Of a stretch of 64,000 bases of DNA, positions 1-12,646 are shown piece by piece (position 1 is the first letter of the stretch; each line of letters opens with the position of its first letter). The notes under the pieces were generated by a model. That model ran no database searches, was not told the origin of the DNA, and saw nothing but the letters and a program-made list of their open reading frames with translations. The translations under genes and the position numbers were made by a program. The DNA is from Octopus vulgaris (taxonomy: Eukaryota), in contig OX597819.1 in NCBI GenBank assembly GCA_951406725.2, positions 133,424,001-133,488,000 of the forward strand. The letters run 5' to 3'.

Positions 1-355
1 TCCATCTAACTTAGATTTGTCGTTAATCCGAGTAATGCCAAGATGGAGCTGTTTAAAACTTCCTCTTTGCACTTTGTCTTTTCAAACTTCAAGTAGCATT
101 TTAGGATAAATTTTCTTTGTTCAAATCTTAGTCTCGTTCCCGTTATTAGTTCGAATGGGTGAAATCTAAAAGGAAATGAACACCAAACTGATGAACCGGA
201 AGTGATTTATCTCATGTTTAATGGCTGTATTCATAGAATGATATTTATCTCTCGCTGGGGTGTAGTACTTTTTTCGGGTATTATACACTAACAGGAAACT
301 ACGCACAGACACACATGCACACGTACACAAACACCTACATACTCACATGTGTATA

Positions 356-411
<56 letters not shown>

Positions 412-491
412 CATACATATACCTATATACATATGTATATATATATATATATACGTTCATACACATATATATATATATGCACATGCGTGTT

Positions 492-523
<32 letters not shown>

Positions 524-1150
524 CGTGTGTGTACGTGTGTGTGTGTCTGTAAATAGTAGATAAATTCCTCCCTCACATAAATGAAAATAGAAAAGATGAA
601 TTTATTTTAGATACAAAAATCACTCTCAGCGAAACCCACAAACGACCTCTTAGACTAATTAAATGCCATGGGAGACAAATACCGCATCAGTACTTAATGG
701 TCACAAATCGTTTCGCAATAAACTTTATTTAATATCAAATCAATGACTCAATACGTTGCGCATTGAAAGTGTTTTCATTTTCTATTATCAAGCTAACGAT
801 AGAATTTAACAATACATGACATAAAATAATTAAATCAACTTTCATTAACATAGATGAGGATCTCTGCGGGTGTTTTAGTGTGGTGCTGAGTGATATATAG
901 AACATATTTGCTTATTAACCATCTGAGAGAAAATTGAGGATAGAATTGGATGAAAAGAGTACAAAAAAAAAGGAATTCGGTTTTAGAATTGTACACTAGA
1001 GTACAGGAACGCACTCAAGTCTGTTTCTATGCTGCCATTCACAAACTTATAAACGCCGAGATCCAACCATCCATACATAAGTATATATCTAACTGGATAT
1101 TTAATAACTTCATTCTATGTGATCTAATACTAACGTTATATTAAATTGTG

Positions 1151-1208
<58 letters not shown>

Positions 1209-1542
1209 CATACACACACACACATACATACACACACACACAAACACACATGTGCGCGCGCGTGTGTGTGTGTGTGTGTGTGGTAAGATTAATAATTTAA
1301 TTACTATGTAATTATAAATTTTCTGAAATATATGTTAATATAACAACACTATTTCACTGATTTGAAATGTTTAAAAAATTATAGTTGCTATGATACAATG
1401 TTGAAGTTTATAATTGAATTCAGAAATGATTTTTACGAACCTGATTGACAAAGTAAATAAACATTCATATAAATAGATTAAGATTTATTAGTTTCAGGGT
1501 AAATGTCTGTCAATACATACATACATACACAATTATGTGTAC

Positions 1543-1598
<56 letters not shown>

Positions 1599-2986
1599 AA
1601 GTCAAGGAAGAAGGCGAAGCGTTAAAGTGATACAGGTTTAATGCAACCACAATCAGTTCAGTAGTATAACGTTTCGAACGACATCACGTCAACAATCAAA
1701 TGAACAGGATCCACAACATCTTTCAGCCATGGATGAATGACCCGTAGTGGTACCTCATCAGGCTAGCACCAGGCGCGTCTGTGGTGCCACACGGGCTATA
1801 CAGCGATGGACAACTTAATACAGACGTTGTGGCTTTTAATCATTTGTATCTCTACGTGGTGGCGTTCGCGAGGGAATGATATTGAAACAGCTGTAACGAA
1901 TACTACTACACTTGTTCTAAACAACTAACTCTTCGTCTTCTTTTTTGACTGATATGCTTTTTTATGAATAGGCTACACACCTTATATACCAGTGGTAAAC
2001 ACTTGAAGTTCCTCTAACAAGATTTGAATTCCAGTCTGACCAGATGTAGATAGCAAGTAATCATATTAAGGGTTGCAAAAAGAATATACCGGAATTTACC
2101 ATATATATATATATATATAAGATTTAAAATGCAGCATTGTGTCTTGAGTGTAGGGCATAGAAAGTTTGGTCAACACTTATAAATGTTGATATTATTATAT
2201 TAAAAATATACATTTTTACCTATTCGTAGTCGGCAAGAAACTGAAAAGCCAAAATCGGGAGAGGACCCACTCGTATTTTATATATAAAATATTCTATAAT
2301 TATATACATAATTATGTATATAATTAAAGAATATTTTGTATAATTCACCTAAAAATTGATTTTCTAACGTACTTGATAAAATTAATACTTATTAATTAAT
2401 TAATTAATATATTAATAATGTTATCCTATAATATTATTAAATATATATACACACACACACGCACGCGCGCACACACATATACATATCTTAATTTGCACAC
2501 CCAACTTGACTCGGATGTGTTGCTGCAAAGGCGTTGGTTTCAGCATATTTTGCGCTCCCACAGCAAAAGGCAGTGCTCAAAAGCGACCTGACTCAACGGT
2601 CCTGTCCACGGCTCCGAATAAATTTCGACTGTCGATATAATCGGCAGCTTCACGAAATGATTTATCAGGACGATTTAGCGTAGATTACAGTATTTAAATC
2701 ATCGCTTCCAAATTAAGTGAGATCATAAACCATTAAGCTGTTGGTTTATGTAATGTTAATTTATATTCGGAAGCTACGGTTACATTTACAGTGTCGTTAA
2801 TTACCTCCCCCTCTCATTCTTTCTGTCTTTTTCCAAATGAGTTCATTCAAACATTGATTGCATCGAGTCCAGTAGCTGAACCACCACCGCTGCACATAAC
2901 TCGAGAAATGGCCAAATGAATTAATATTGCAGCCAGGAACACCTGAATAGCTGTGTTTCACCACGCTTTTTGTGGACTATTTTACA

Positions 2987-3160
2987 AGAAGAAGAAGAAG
3001 AAGAAAAAGAAGAAGAAGAAGAAGAAGAAGAAGAAGAAGAAGAAGAAGAAGAAGAAGAAGAAGAAGAAGAAGAAGAAGAAGAAGAAGAAGAAGAAGAAGA
3101 AGAAGAAGAAGAAGAAGAAGAAAAAGAACAACAACAACAACAACAACAATAATAATAATA
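2987..3160. repeat. (GAA)n-(CAA)n-(TAA)n compound microsatellite
   Basis: Long GAA run followed by CAA and TAA runs; explains the poly-K/E/R ORFs at 2953-3278. Confidence 0.98.
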
Positions 3161-3619
3161 TATAAAACATGTAATCTCGCTGGCAAGTCCACAGTATTTC
3201 GTTTTGCAAACAGAAATGTCCTGCTTCCAGAAATATCATAAGTTCACAAGTCAATATCGTGTCTCTCTTTGTGTTCATTTTTCACGTGCTTTGTATACTT
3301 TCTATAGAGTTCAGGGCTGCAAGTTACGACGTTTCGTAAACAAAAGCATGTGTGTAAACGATGCGACGATTTATAGAAAAAATAGGTAATGTGTGTGTGT
3401 GTGTGTGTGTATGAGTATATTTCAAAATTTATTTGTTCTTTAATCAACACCTAACCCCAATGTTACACTGCTAAACAAGTGGGTATCATTTAAGCACTGT
3501 TTTCGTGGATAGCTGACGGGTTAGATGTATGTGTGTATGAAATGTCGCAACTCCCAGCGCTAGCTGTGAATTCTGAGTAAATCTATATAGATAAACATAT
3601 ACTCTCTCTCTCTTTTCTC

Positions 3620-3725
3620 TTTACGTGTTTCATACTGCGGCCATGCTGGATTTAATCGAGCAACTCGACCCGGAACTTATTCTTTTTGTAAGCCCAGTAC
3701 TTATATATATATATCGGTTGTCATG

Positions 3726-3762
<37 letters not shown>

Positions 3763-3836
3763 ATGCCACGCAGTGGACTGAACCCGGTACCATGTGGTTG
3801 GTTAGCAAGCTACTTACACACAGCCACTCCTGCGCC
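3620..3836 (-). mobile_element. tRNA-derived SINE (family A), internally deleted
   Basis: Reverse complement of the SINE head seen at 51601 (3761-3836) plus the tail motif CAGCATGGCCGCAGT (3625-3700). Confidence 0.7.
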
Positions 3837-3840
3837 TATA

Positions 3841-3885
<45 letters not shown>

Positions 3886-3917
3886 CATACATACATACAT
3901 ATATATATGTATATATA

Positions 3918-4824
3918 ATGTGTAACTCCAGTCTGATCTATATGCTGTGAGTCAATGGGCAGACAGAAACAAAATGCAACTGAACGAGGGAAAATTTGAG
4001 CTGATGCATTTTGGAAGAAATTCCTCACTAAAACAGCCATACTCTCTTCCTTCAGGGGAACCGCTCACAGCCTCTAACAATATCAGAGACCTGGGTGTAA
4101 TTGTTGATGACGATCTCAGTTGGAGTGCACACATCAGCAAGAATGTCGATATAGCTTGTAGGATAAGTTCCTGGATCTTAAGAACTTTCCGGTCCAGAGA
4201 ACAAGGTGTTATCATACCACTTTTCTCCTCCTTTGTACACCTCGAATACTGCTGCCCACTGTGGCCTTCCCATACAAGACAAAACATCTCGAGGATTGAA
4301 TCACCCCAGAGGGCACTCACTAAACGATTATTGTGATCGCCTTAAAGCCTTGAAACTCTACTCTCTCCAGCGTCGCCGTGAACGGTACATCATTTGTACG
4401 ATGCGGAGAATATACCGCCAACTTTTCCCAAACAACCTGAACATTAGCTTCAAGGTTCATCCAAGACTGGGACCACGGGCCATACGTCCCCTGCCCAATT
4501 CAAGATCACAGCATACATGTACACTGCAACATAATTTCTTTTCCTCAACAGGCCCTGCCCTATTTAACATTGTCCCGAAAGAGATCAAAGAGGAAAAGGA
4601 TCCCATCAACTTTAAACGGAGTCTGGATAGATTCCTTGAAAGAATACTAGAAAAGCGATCCATAATTGGATACAACTCACCCAACAAAAACTCACAACTT
4701 GAATGGACCATAAACAAAACTTGACTTAAACAGGATTCAAATAATCCTATCAGGTGGTGCTATTAAGTTAGACATGGCCCGGACAAATCTTTGGTCGAAA
4801 CATATCTAAGTTTTATCTAAGTTT

Positions 4825-4826
<2 letters not shown>
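3918..4826 (+). mobile_element. 5'-truncated CR1/L2-clade LINE (RT C-terminal region and 3' UTR)
   Basis: ORFs 3947-4336 and 4206-4724 show WADRNKMQLNEGKFELMHFG, DLGVIVDDDLSWSAHI, LEYCCPLW and LYSLQRRRER motifs; ends in a (TATCTAAGTTT)x2 tail. Confidence 0.85.
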
Positions 4827-4884
<58 letters not shown>

Positions 4885-4980
4885 ATAAAACGGTAAGATA
4901 ACAAAAGAAAGAAAGAGACCTCAATATTATGTAAATAGAGGAAATTTATCTATACAATATGTTACATTACTCGGTAGTCA

Positions 4981-5043
4981 AGATAAAACTCTGAGTTTCA
5001 GATGCCGAAGTGGAAATCCACAACACCATCTCATCGGTTATCT
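4981..5043 (-). ncRNA. minimal type I hammerhead ribozyme-like motif (PLE 3' UTR/pLTR)
   Basis: Reverse complement of the motif at 6956-7018. Confidence 0.7.
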
Positions 5044-5237
5044 GGCTATTTGAAAACGTTATGAAAAAATACCGTTAAAAATGAAGGGAAATTACTCTGT
5101 TATAACTCTGCTTTGCCTGCGTACTTATACATCGCTCGCATTTTTCGTCATAAAAATTATATAAAAATACATAAAAATATATAAAAATATATAAAAATAT
5201 ATAAAATCTTCTTGGGACATAACACAGAAAGCATGTT

Positions 5238-6380
5238 CTATCCGTTTTCTTTAGGGGACCAAAAACGTAACAGAAATTTAGTCACATGTGGGCATGATCC
5301 GAAAAGCTCTGTCCTTGTATTTAGACATGTGGTAGGGTCTAAGCTGCTTTTCCAGATAAGCCATCTCTCCATGTCGCATAAACCGCACCTTCCGCTGCCG
5401 TTAGTATAGGGCTTACATCTGGCCAAAATCTTCCATTGTATGTTATAATCGACACCTTTATCTCTTAAAGACCAAATATGATTGGATAATTGTGTCGCTT
5501 TTCTTTTGTTCCAGTGCCTAAAGCTCAAAGTGTGGTTATTGAACCTGGCCTTGAAATTACCCTCTGTCAGGCCCACGTATTTCTTCGTCGAAACGGTGTC
5601 TTTAGTGGTTATAGAGTTTACGGTAGCTTCATATATGATGGTCTTGGACATGCAAGCTCCATTTAGCGGGCACAATTCTTTATTCCTGCATGAACAGCTG
5701 TTTTCTTCTTGTGTTTTTTGTATGTTATGATTGATTATGTTTTTAAAATTGGTAGTTGAACTAAAACTAATTTTTAAATTGTGTCTATTGAAGAGTTTCC
5801 TATAAGCATGGTCAACTGGAAAATGTCTATCTATCAGTGCTAGGAAATATTTACCTATATTGAAGGCCACCTCGGGTGAGTAAGGGGGCGTAAACCAGAT
5901 GACCTTCCTATTTCTATTATTCCTTTTCCTTATTGTTGGGCTGGTGATAGGTGTATATTTTATTTTTTCGCTAAAACCACTATCTTTTAAAGCTTTATTA
6001 TAAACTGGGACAACGCTATTGAAGATGTCCTCATTAGATGAGAGGCTAGAAATCCTCTTACTAATATTTTTAACTAAATTTTTGAATACTATAGGGGGAT
6101 GGCATGAACCTACATTAATATAACTTAGTCTATCATTGGGCTTCCTATAAGGCTTATAAATATTATTATTAAGATCTAAGGAAACGTCTAAGAAATTGAC
6201 AACCGTCAGGTTAGTGTCTATAGTTATACTAAATCCGAAGTGTATCATTAACTGGATAATATCCTTCCTAAAACGATCTTGTGCTGGTCCATTTGTATTA
6301 GCTGTTAAGGCGAGGGCATCATCTTTGTAGATGGCGAAATGTACGTTAGGGAATGTTTTACCGAAGGTATCTAGGGGAAA
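5238..6380 (-). pseudogene. PLE reverse transcriptase (C-terminal part) + GIY-YIG endonuclease, 5'-truncated, frame open
   Basis: ORF 5238..6509; its first ~43 aa are antisense read-through of the inverted arm, the rest is PLE RT-thumb, a Cys-rich linker (CSCRNKELCPL) and GIY-YIG. Confidence 0.9.
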
Positions 6381-6955
6381 GAGTCTATAACCACTAAAGA
6401 CACCGTTTCGACGAAGAAATACGTGGGCCTGACAGAAGGTAATTTCAAGGCCAGGTTCAATAACCACACTTTGAGCTTTAGGCACTGGAACAAAAGAAAA
6501 GCGACACAATTATCCAATCATATTTGGTCTTTAAGAGATAAAGGTGTCGATTATAACATACAATGGAAGATTTTGGCCAGATGTAAGCCCTATACTAACG
6601 GCAGCGGAAGGTGCGGTTTATGCGACATGGAGAGATGGCTTATCTGGAAAAGCAGCTTAGACCCTACCACATGTCTAAATACAAGGACAGAGCTTTTCGG
6701 ATCATGCCCACATGTGACTAAATTTCTGTTACGTTTTTGGTCCCCTAAAGAAAACGGATAGAACATGCTTTCTGTGTTATGTCCCAAGAAGATTTTATAT
6801 ATTTTTATATATTTTTATATATTTTTATGTATTTTTATATAATTTTTATGACGAAAAATGCGAGCGATGTATAAGTACGCAGGCAAAGCAGAGTTATAAC
6901 AGAGTAATTTCCCTTCATTTTTAACGATATTTTTTCATAACGTTTTCAAATAGCC

Positions 6956-7018
6956 AGATAACCGATGAGATGGTGTTGTGGATTTCCACTTCGGCATCTG
7001 AAACTCAGAGTTTTATCT
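6956..7018 (+). ncRNA. minimal type I hammerhead ribozyme-like motif (PLE 3' UTR/pLTR)
   Basis: AGAUAA-CCGAUGA-GAUG..GUGGA/UCCAC..CAUC-U-GAAA-CUCAGAG-UU-UUAUCU; stem I AGAUAA/UUAUCU is perfect and stem III is palindromic. Confidence 0.7.
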
Positions 7019-7040
7019 TGACTACCGAGTAATGTAACAT

Positions 7041-7089
<49 letters not shown>

Positions 7090-7091
7090 AT

Positions 7092-7284
7092 GGCGATGAA
7101 TAATTATTAGCCACTAAACCTTTTTTTATTTTCTCTCTCTGCTTATTTCCGTGTTCCTTTCTGTTGGAGAGCATAGGCTCGAAATGCAAAAGGCTTTCTC
7201 ACTTCACGAGCGTTAAACTAATAAATCTGTTTGTTGTTTACACACCCGTCTTCGTCTTTTGTTTTGCTTATTTTTGTAAATTCA

Positions 7285-7288
<4 letters not shown>
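7092..7288 (+). mobile_element. short HHR-like cassette (family H), copy A, between (TA)n tracts
   Basis: Homologous to 30841-31005 and 56065-56222; CCUUU-CUGUUGGA-GAGC-AUAG-GCUC-GAAA-UGCA-AAAGG. Confidence 0.6.
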
Positions 7289-7351
<63 letters not shown>

Positions 7352-7587
7352 GTGCGTGTGTGTTTGTGTGTTTACTTTATTATTAAAACTGCAAAGACAT
7401 CACAACTCTCACACGAACGAGAACGTGACACTTTGCGTCGCAGATTTTGTATTATTCTTGTGATGTTTTTGCCGCTTTAATAATACACCACATTACTCTA
7501 CCTCCGGTATTCGAGTACTATTTTTCTCCATCTTGTTTCGCATATGTATGCATACTCTGGTATACACACACACATACACACATACAC

Positions 7588-7674
<87 letters not shown>

Positions 7675-8804
7675 GGCATATATACATATATGTGTGTAGT
7701 GACATGTGCATAGCAACAATAACAATACAATAAAGCTACGAATTTTAAAACTGTTGAAAAGAGAACTGCCAGGAACAATTCTAGCAGAAACAATGAAGAC
7801 TATTGTCACCAACGAAAACAAACCGAATTGATAGGAAATACTCGATGACATAAATAAAAGTCAAAGATCACCAAATTAGTGAGTCTAATTCTATACTTTA
7901 AAAATTGATTAAGAGTTCTCCAAATTTCAGTAACATTATCTATCTGGATATCTGTTCATACATACAAGTTATCATACACAGATCTTCGAACTCCCTTGCT
8001 GTCCGAAAGTGACTGGTCTATAACAAGTGGATGTCAGCTTAGTTTCGATGTTTTTCTCTTAAATCCAATTCCAAGAACCTCTTTGTCACGTGGCACACAA
8101 AAATGAAGTACAAGCCAAACGATAAAACTAAGATTTACAATGTCGCATTGTGTCTTGGGTGTGGGGCATAGAAAGTTTGGTCAAACACTTATAAATGTTG
8201 ATATTATTTTATTAAAGACATACTTTTTAACCTATTCGTACTCGGCAAGAACCTGAATAGCCATTGTTATTATTCTCTACGAGAATTTTCCTTTAATTTT
8301 TATTTTTGAGTGGTTTATCGTTTGATGAAACGGGATTCTAGGATCATATTTTCTACATGAAAATCTTTATAGGATTCACAAACATTTACTAATCTTATTA
8401 TATCTTCATCGTTTATAATTCATATATAAGCTTAATTAATATAGATGTATTGAGGTATGTCTTGGTACATGTGTAGATGCGTGTGTATAATGTATATGTG
8501 CGTGTGTTGATATATAGGTATGCTTTATTTTATGTGTGTATTGGTGTGTTTAAGATATAAATCTTCCGATTCAATTTCAAATTATTTTCGCTAAGATGCA
8601 TCTATTCCCTTCGACTACCTAAACGCAATCCATATTCTATTTAAAGCTGCCATGCGCTTGTTTTTATCCTTATACTCTGTTGGTTATATTTGAAGAATAT
8701 CATCGCTATTTTCGTGTTGAAAGATGGCATATTCTGCAATATAGTTGGTGCTCCAACAGTTATAAATTTGTGTACATTCTAGCTATTAATATTGATATGA
8801 TGTT

Positions 8805-9010
8805 GAAGGCAGCGAGCTGCCAGAATCGGTTGTGTATCGTGCAAAATGCTTGGCAGTTTGTTTGTCGTCAGGTTCTCGGTTCAAAGTACGCCGAAGTCAA
8901 CTTTACCTTTCATCTTTCCGATGAAATATGTACCAGTTAAGCACTGGGGTCGATGTAATCGACTTATCTTCCCTCCCGAAATTGCTGGCCTTGTACCAAA
9001 ATTTGAAGCC
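8805..9010 (+). mobile_element. tRNA-derived SINE (family B, Nin-domain-like core)
   Basis: Head GGCAGCGAGCTGCCAGAATCGG, B-box-like GGTTCAAA, core GCCGAAGTCAACTTTACCTTTCATC..GTACCAG; several other copies in the window. Confidence 0.7.
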
Positions 9011-12000
9011 AATATTGATGTGATTTACACGTAGAAATTATCAATTAAATAGCTGCAGTTTGGGAAAAAGACGAAGCAGTTGTTTTTCCTTTGTTGGCAA
9101 AGGCGATTCTATTATTTTCCTACAGATAACCATGATAGATATTGACTGATGAATAACAAACTAATTTGCGGTAAGCTCATAACTTTACAAAACTAATTAT
9201 CGTCACCGTACAACATTGATAGTATTCCCTAGCCAAAGCGGCTTTGACATTCCTCATTTTAATACCATTTCTCGATTCCGTTCATCTGACATTATATTTA
9301 TTAGATTTCGTTCTTTTAGACGAAGCAATACAGAATTTAATAATGATTTTTTTAAAAAGAGAAATACATGGAAAAACTATAGAAAGCTGCCGGACACGAT
9401 AAGTAAGCTTGAATAAAAGAGACTGCCGACGTATTATGAATGAGAACTATAGCCATTTACGAACAGTCGGATGTATATTTTCTTGGTTTGATGGAATAAA
9501 ATATCATGTGTAAATGTTAGCTCAGACATTACAGAAATACCACGTGATCTATTTTTTATAGGTAAGCTTCTACTTTTCTAGACTGATGCTGGAAAGAGAT
9601 ACTGCTTTAGCACAGACTGTCTGTGATAAAGAACATTTAGAAAAGGCTAATCATATTTATCAAATACCTGACAGCCTTACCAATTAGATTACTGCAAAAC
9701 ATTACTGTATGTGTAATAGGTTAAAATACATCTGCTAACTTGCTGACTCAGAACTGACTCAAGTAAATAGATTTCCGTTTTGGGTTTTACTTTTAGAAGA
9801 ATCTGTAAGACTGCAGATCTGACTTACGTGGTTATTGTTTGCTTATCGATTTGTTAAGACGTATTAGGGATTAGGCGATAAATATTATTACAGTACCCGA
9901 TAGTGGGGGGAAGAGATAGTAATTCATAAGTTGCTTTTGAGGTGGACAGTTTATCATTCTATATTATGAAGACCTTTGAATTTCAATAAAATTCCAATTT
10001 ACAACACACACACACACACATATACATATATATATAAACGTGTCAAAGCAGTGTGGTTATGAACAGAATGTTTATACGCCAACAATCCTATAAAATTTAG
10101 AGGAATCTTCAGAAAAAGGAAACTAATCAGATGGTCCCCCCCTCTCGAAATATCAAGGACTATGCTTTAGCCCCAATTTGCATTTCTCCATTTACATAGA
10201 GAGTCTAAATGCATGTTCTTCTCAGTAAGCATATGCGATGCGATACAAGTTTCTACGTAAACCGGCTGCATTGCGACTGTAATTATTGAATCATAGCAGC
10301 CGTCTCGTACCGTTATATATGTATTAATTATAACAATGCTAGCTTATTGGCATTGTTCGTAAAAAGAATTATGCACCTGAACTCCGCTCGTTTAGAGGTG
10401 GGTTCAGAGCTTTTTGATGAAACTAAAAAATAACAAAAAAATTGTTAGGCAATAATAACTAAAAACAAAACGAAGCTGGACATCATTGTGTAAGAAAAAA
10501 GAACACATATTATATGTTCGTGTGAAAAATCAAGGTTGTCCTGTAGAGGATGCTAAACGTAACAACAGTTGAAATTGTCCGTGAAAAACATAATTTGTAG
10601 TTGTGTTCATACTCGAAATACTAATGCTTCAGACCGTGTAAAGAGGATCGCTAGAGCGAGCTGTAACATGTTCTCTCGAACACAACTAACTGAAATATAG
10701 AATACATTACCATAAAACTAATCAGTGGTGAACCTTGATTAACTCCTGACAAACAAAAAAGGCAAACTAATTGAAGAGAAGATGGTGAGAATGGTTTGTC
10801 TACAATTGTGTTTACACACAGTAACTTAGGACAGATTCATTTCAATGCACAATTTCTTAAATACAAATATAAGCCTCATCACTGCAGAAAGGCAAAATAC
10901 CTTGGTATTGTATATGTGAAAATGTTCCAAAGAAGATAAAGTGTATAAATGGCAGTCATGGAAACTATCAGTTATATGCGGGCCCTTCAACCAAAAATAA
11001 CCAGAAACAGGACCAAAGGCCACTGCATGAAGAAGTAGTCATATTAAGTAACCAAAATCTGAGTTGGCTACCGTTTTGGAGACAACTTTGGAATTTTGGA
11101 TACTTTTAAAGGTTTTGTAAATTAAGACAAAAAATCGAGGAGTCTTTCACAAAAACAAAATAAATAAAAATAAACAAATAAATCATCAAAAATCGAGGAA
11201 ATAATTTTTCTACCTTTTAGGCCTGAAATCCTTTATGGTTCATCAAAAAGTGAGAGGGAAATGTGATTGTCACATTAAATTATTTTCTAGACGTTTACAT
11301 CAGTAGGAAAGATGGCAGGTTTTCAGTAGTGGCAGTTATAGAGCTAAAGATTTGGGTCAAATGTTTAGTGTAGGAATGTGGCAGCGAAACACGGTACAAG
11401 GAAGAACAATGTCTCATATTTGTATTTCTTTGTTTTGCAATTAAGGTAAAAAGATATCCAGTATAGAAACGGTATTATGGAAACATGGCTGTTAATAGAA
11501 AGGAACGTCGTATCAACACCTTCGATTCTCTCAGTTGCAATTATTCTGCGTAATTCCGTTGAAATTCTACCATTATCTAAATATCAATTGATAGAATTTG
11601 AGAAACACGTGACATTAACATAATTATACCAATAGTGTTGTAATGAATAACATTTGAGGATTTGTATGTATTTTTCATCTCTAACACAACCATCGCCACC
11701 ACTACAACCACCACCATAACAACCATTATCGTCGCCATCATCGCCATCGTCGTCGTCGTCGTCTTTATCATCATCGTCGCCACATTTATTCCATGCATTA
11801 ATGCATCCTAAGATCTCGTTCGACATTTTCTCATTGTGAATCCATTTATCCATAAATAACAGAATGGTTATTATCTACAAAAATATTGATAACATTTTTG
11901 CAGTTAATGACTTCTTTTCACAGTTAATTTGAATGCTAATGGCAATATAATCAATATTGAGGAGAAATACATCAATAATATCTGTGTATCTCCTGTAAAT

Positions 12001-12610
12001 TGGTAGATTTGAAAACATCAAATTATTGGTTTGTTGTCATACGAGAGAAAATTACTGTTTGGAGAGTTTGTAATTTGTCATAATTTTAATATTAGCATCT
12101 TTAAATCGCTGGACGCTCGACCAAAGTATTATTTGTGATTATGGTCAAGCATTTATTTATTTTCCTTGCCACAAGCTACCCTTTATATCTATCTATGACC
12201 ATTAGCATTGCTAAGTGATATAAATAGGCATATCCCATAATAGGTTATGGATGTTTGGTGAACCTTCCGTGTATAGTTTCAATTCTCCCCTGGTCAAAAT
12301 TTACGTTATGTATTCCATAGATCAAGAATTATTATTATTTCCAACATAACATTGATTCTTCCGGTTGAAAAGAATGATGTTTACACACACTCCTAGAAAA
12401 TTGTGAGCTGCACCGCGTCGACTGCTGTCATTAATATAAATATCAACGCTGTGCTTTTGTCATCAAAGTGAGAGTTAGAAGAATTTACTTGAAAGCAGCT
12501 GATTCAATTTTATTAAAACGATTGAAGCAAACCGATATTAATCGCAAAGGAAGTAATTTATTACAAACGAATAAATGAATATATAAATATAAATATAAAT
12601 GTAAATATAA

Positions 12611-12646
<36 letters not shown>

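Larger units (their letters stand above)
4881..7047. mobile_element. Penelope-like element insertion 1, head-to-head inverted arms (left arm minus 4881-~6380, right arm plus 6384-7047), in (TA)n
   Basis: Minus arm encodes the RT C-terminal part (YKDD, VNFLDVSLDL, YRKP) and a GIY-YIG endonuclease (IIYEAT...YVGLT..F..RF..H); the plus arm is a near-identical inverted copy of the 3' part. Confidence 0.93.

Noticed and set aside
315-563. YI/CV/HT-rich ORFs here and throughout (e.g. 7164-7851, 16162-16387, 28607-28924, 49687-50255, 57714-58010)
   Set aside because: Translations of (TA)n, (TG)n, (TAA)n and (GAA)n microsatellites, not genes
2600-2620. Partial RE1/NRSE-like motif CTGTCCACGGCTCCGAA
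   Set aside because: Several mismatches to consensus and no supporting context
5212-5730. Recurrent 65-aa and 82-aa ORFs (also at 6590, 31468, 31738, 32810, 33131)
   Set aside because: Antisense shadows of the PLE ORF, repeated only because the element is repeated
6381-6509. N-terminus of the 423-aa ORF 5238..6509
   Set aside because: Antisense read-through of the inverted arm; chimeric, not a real PLE N-terminus
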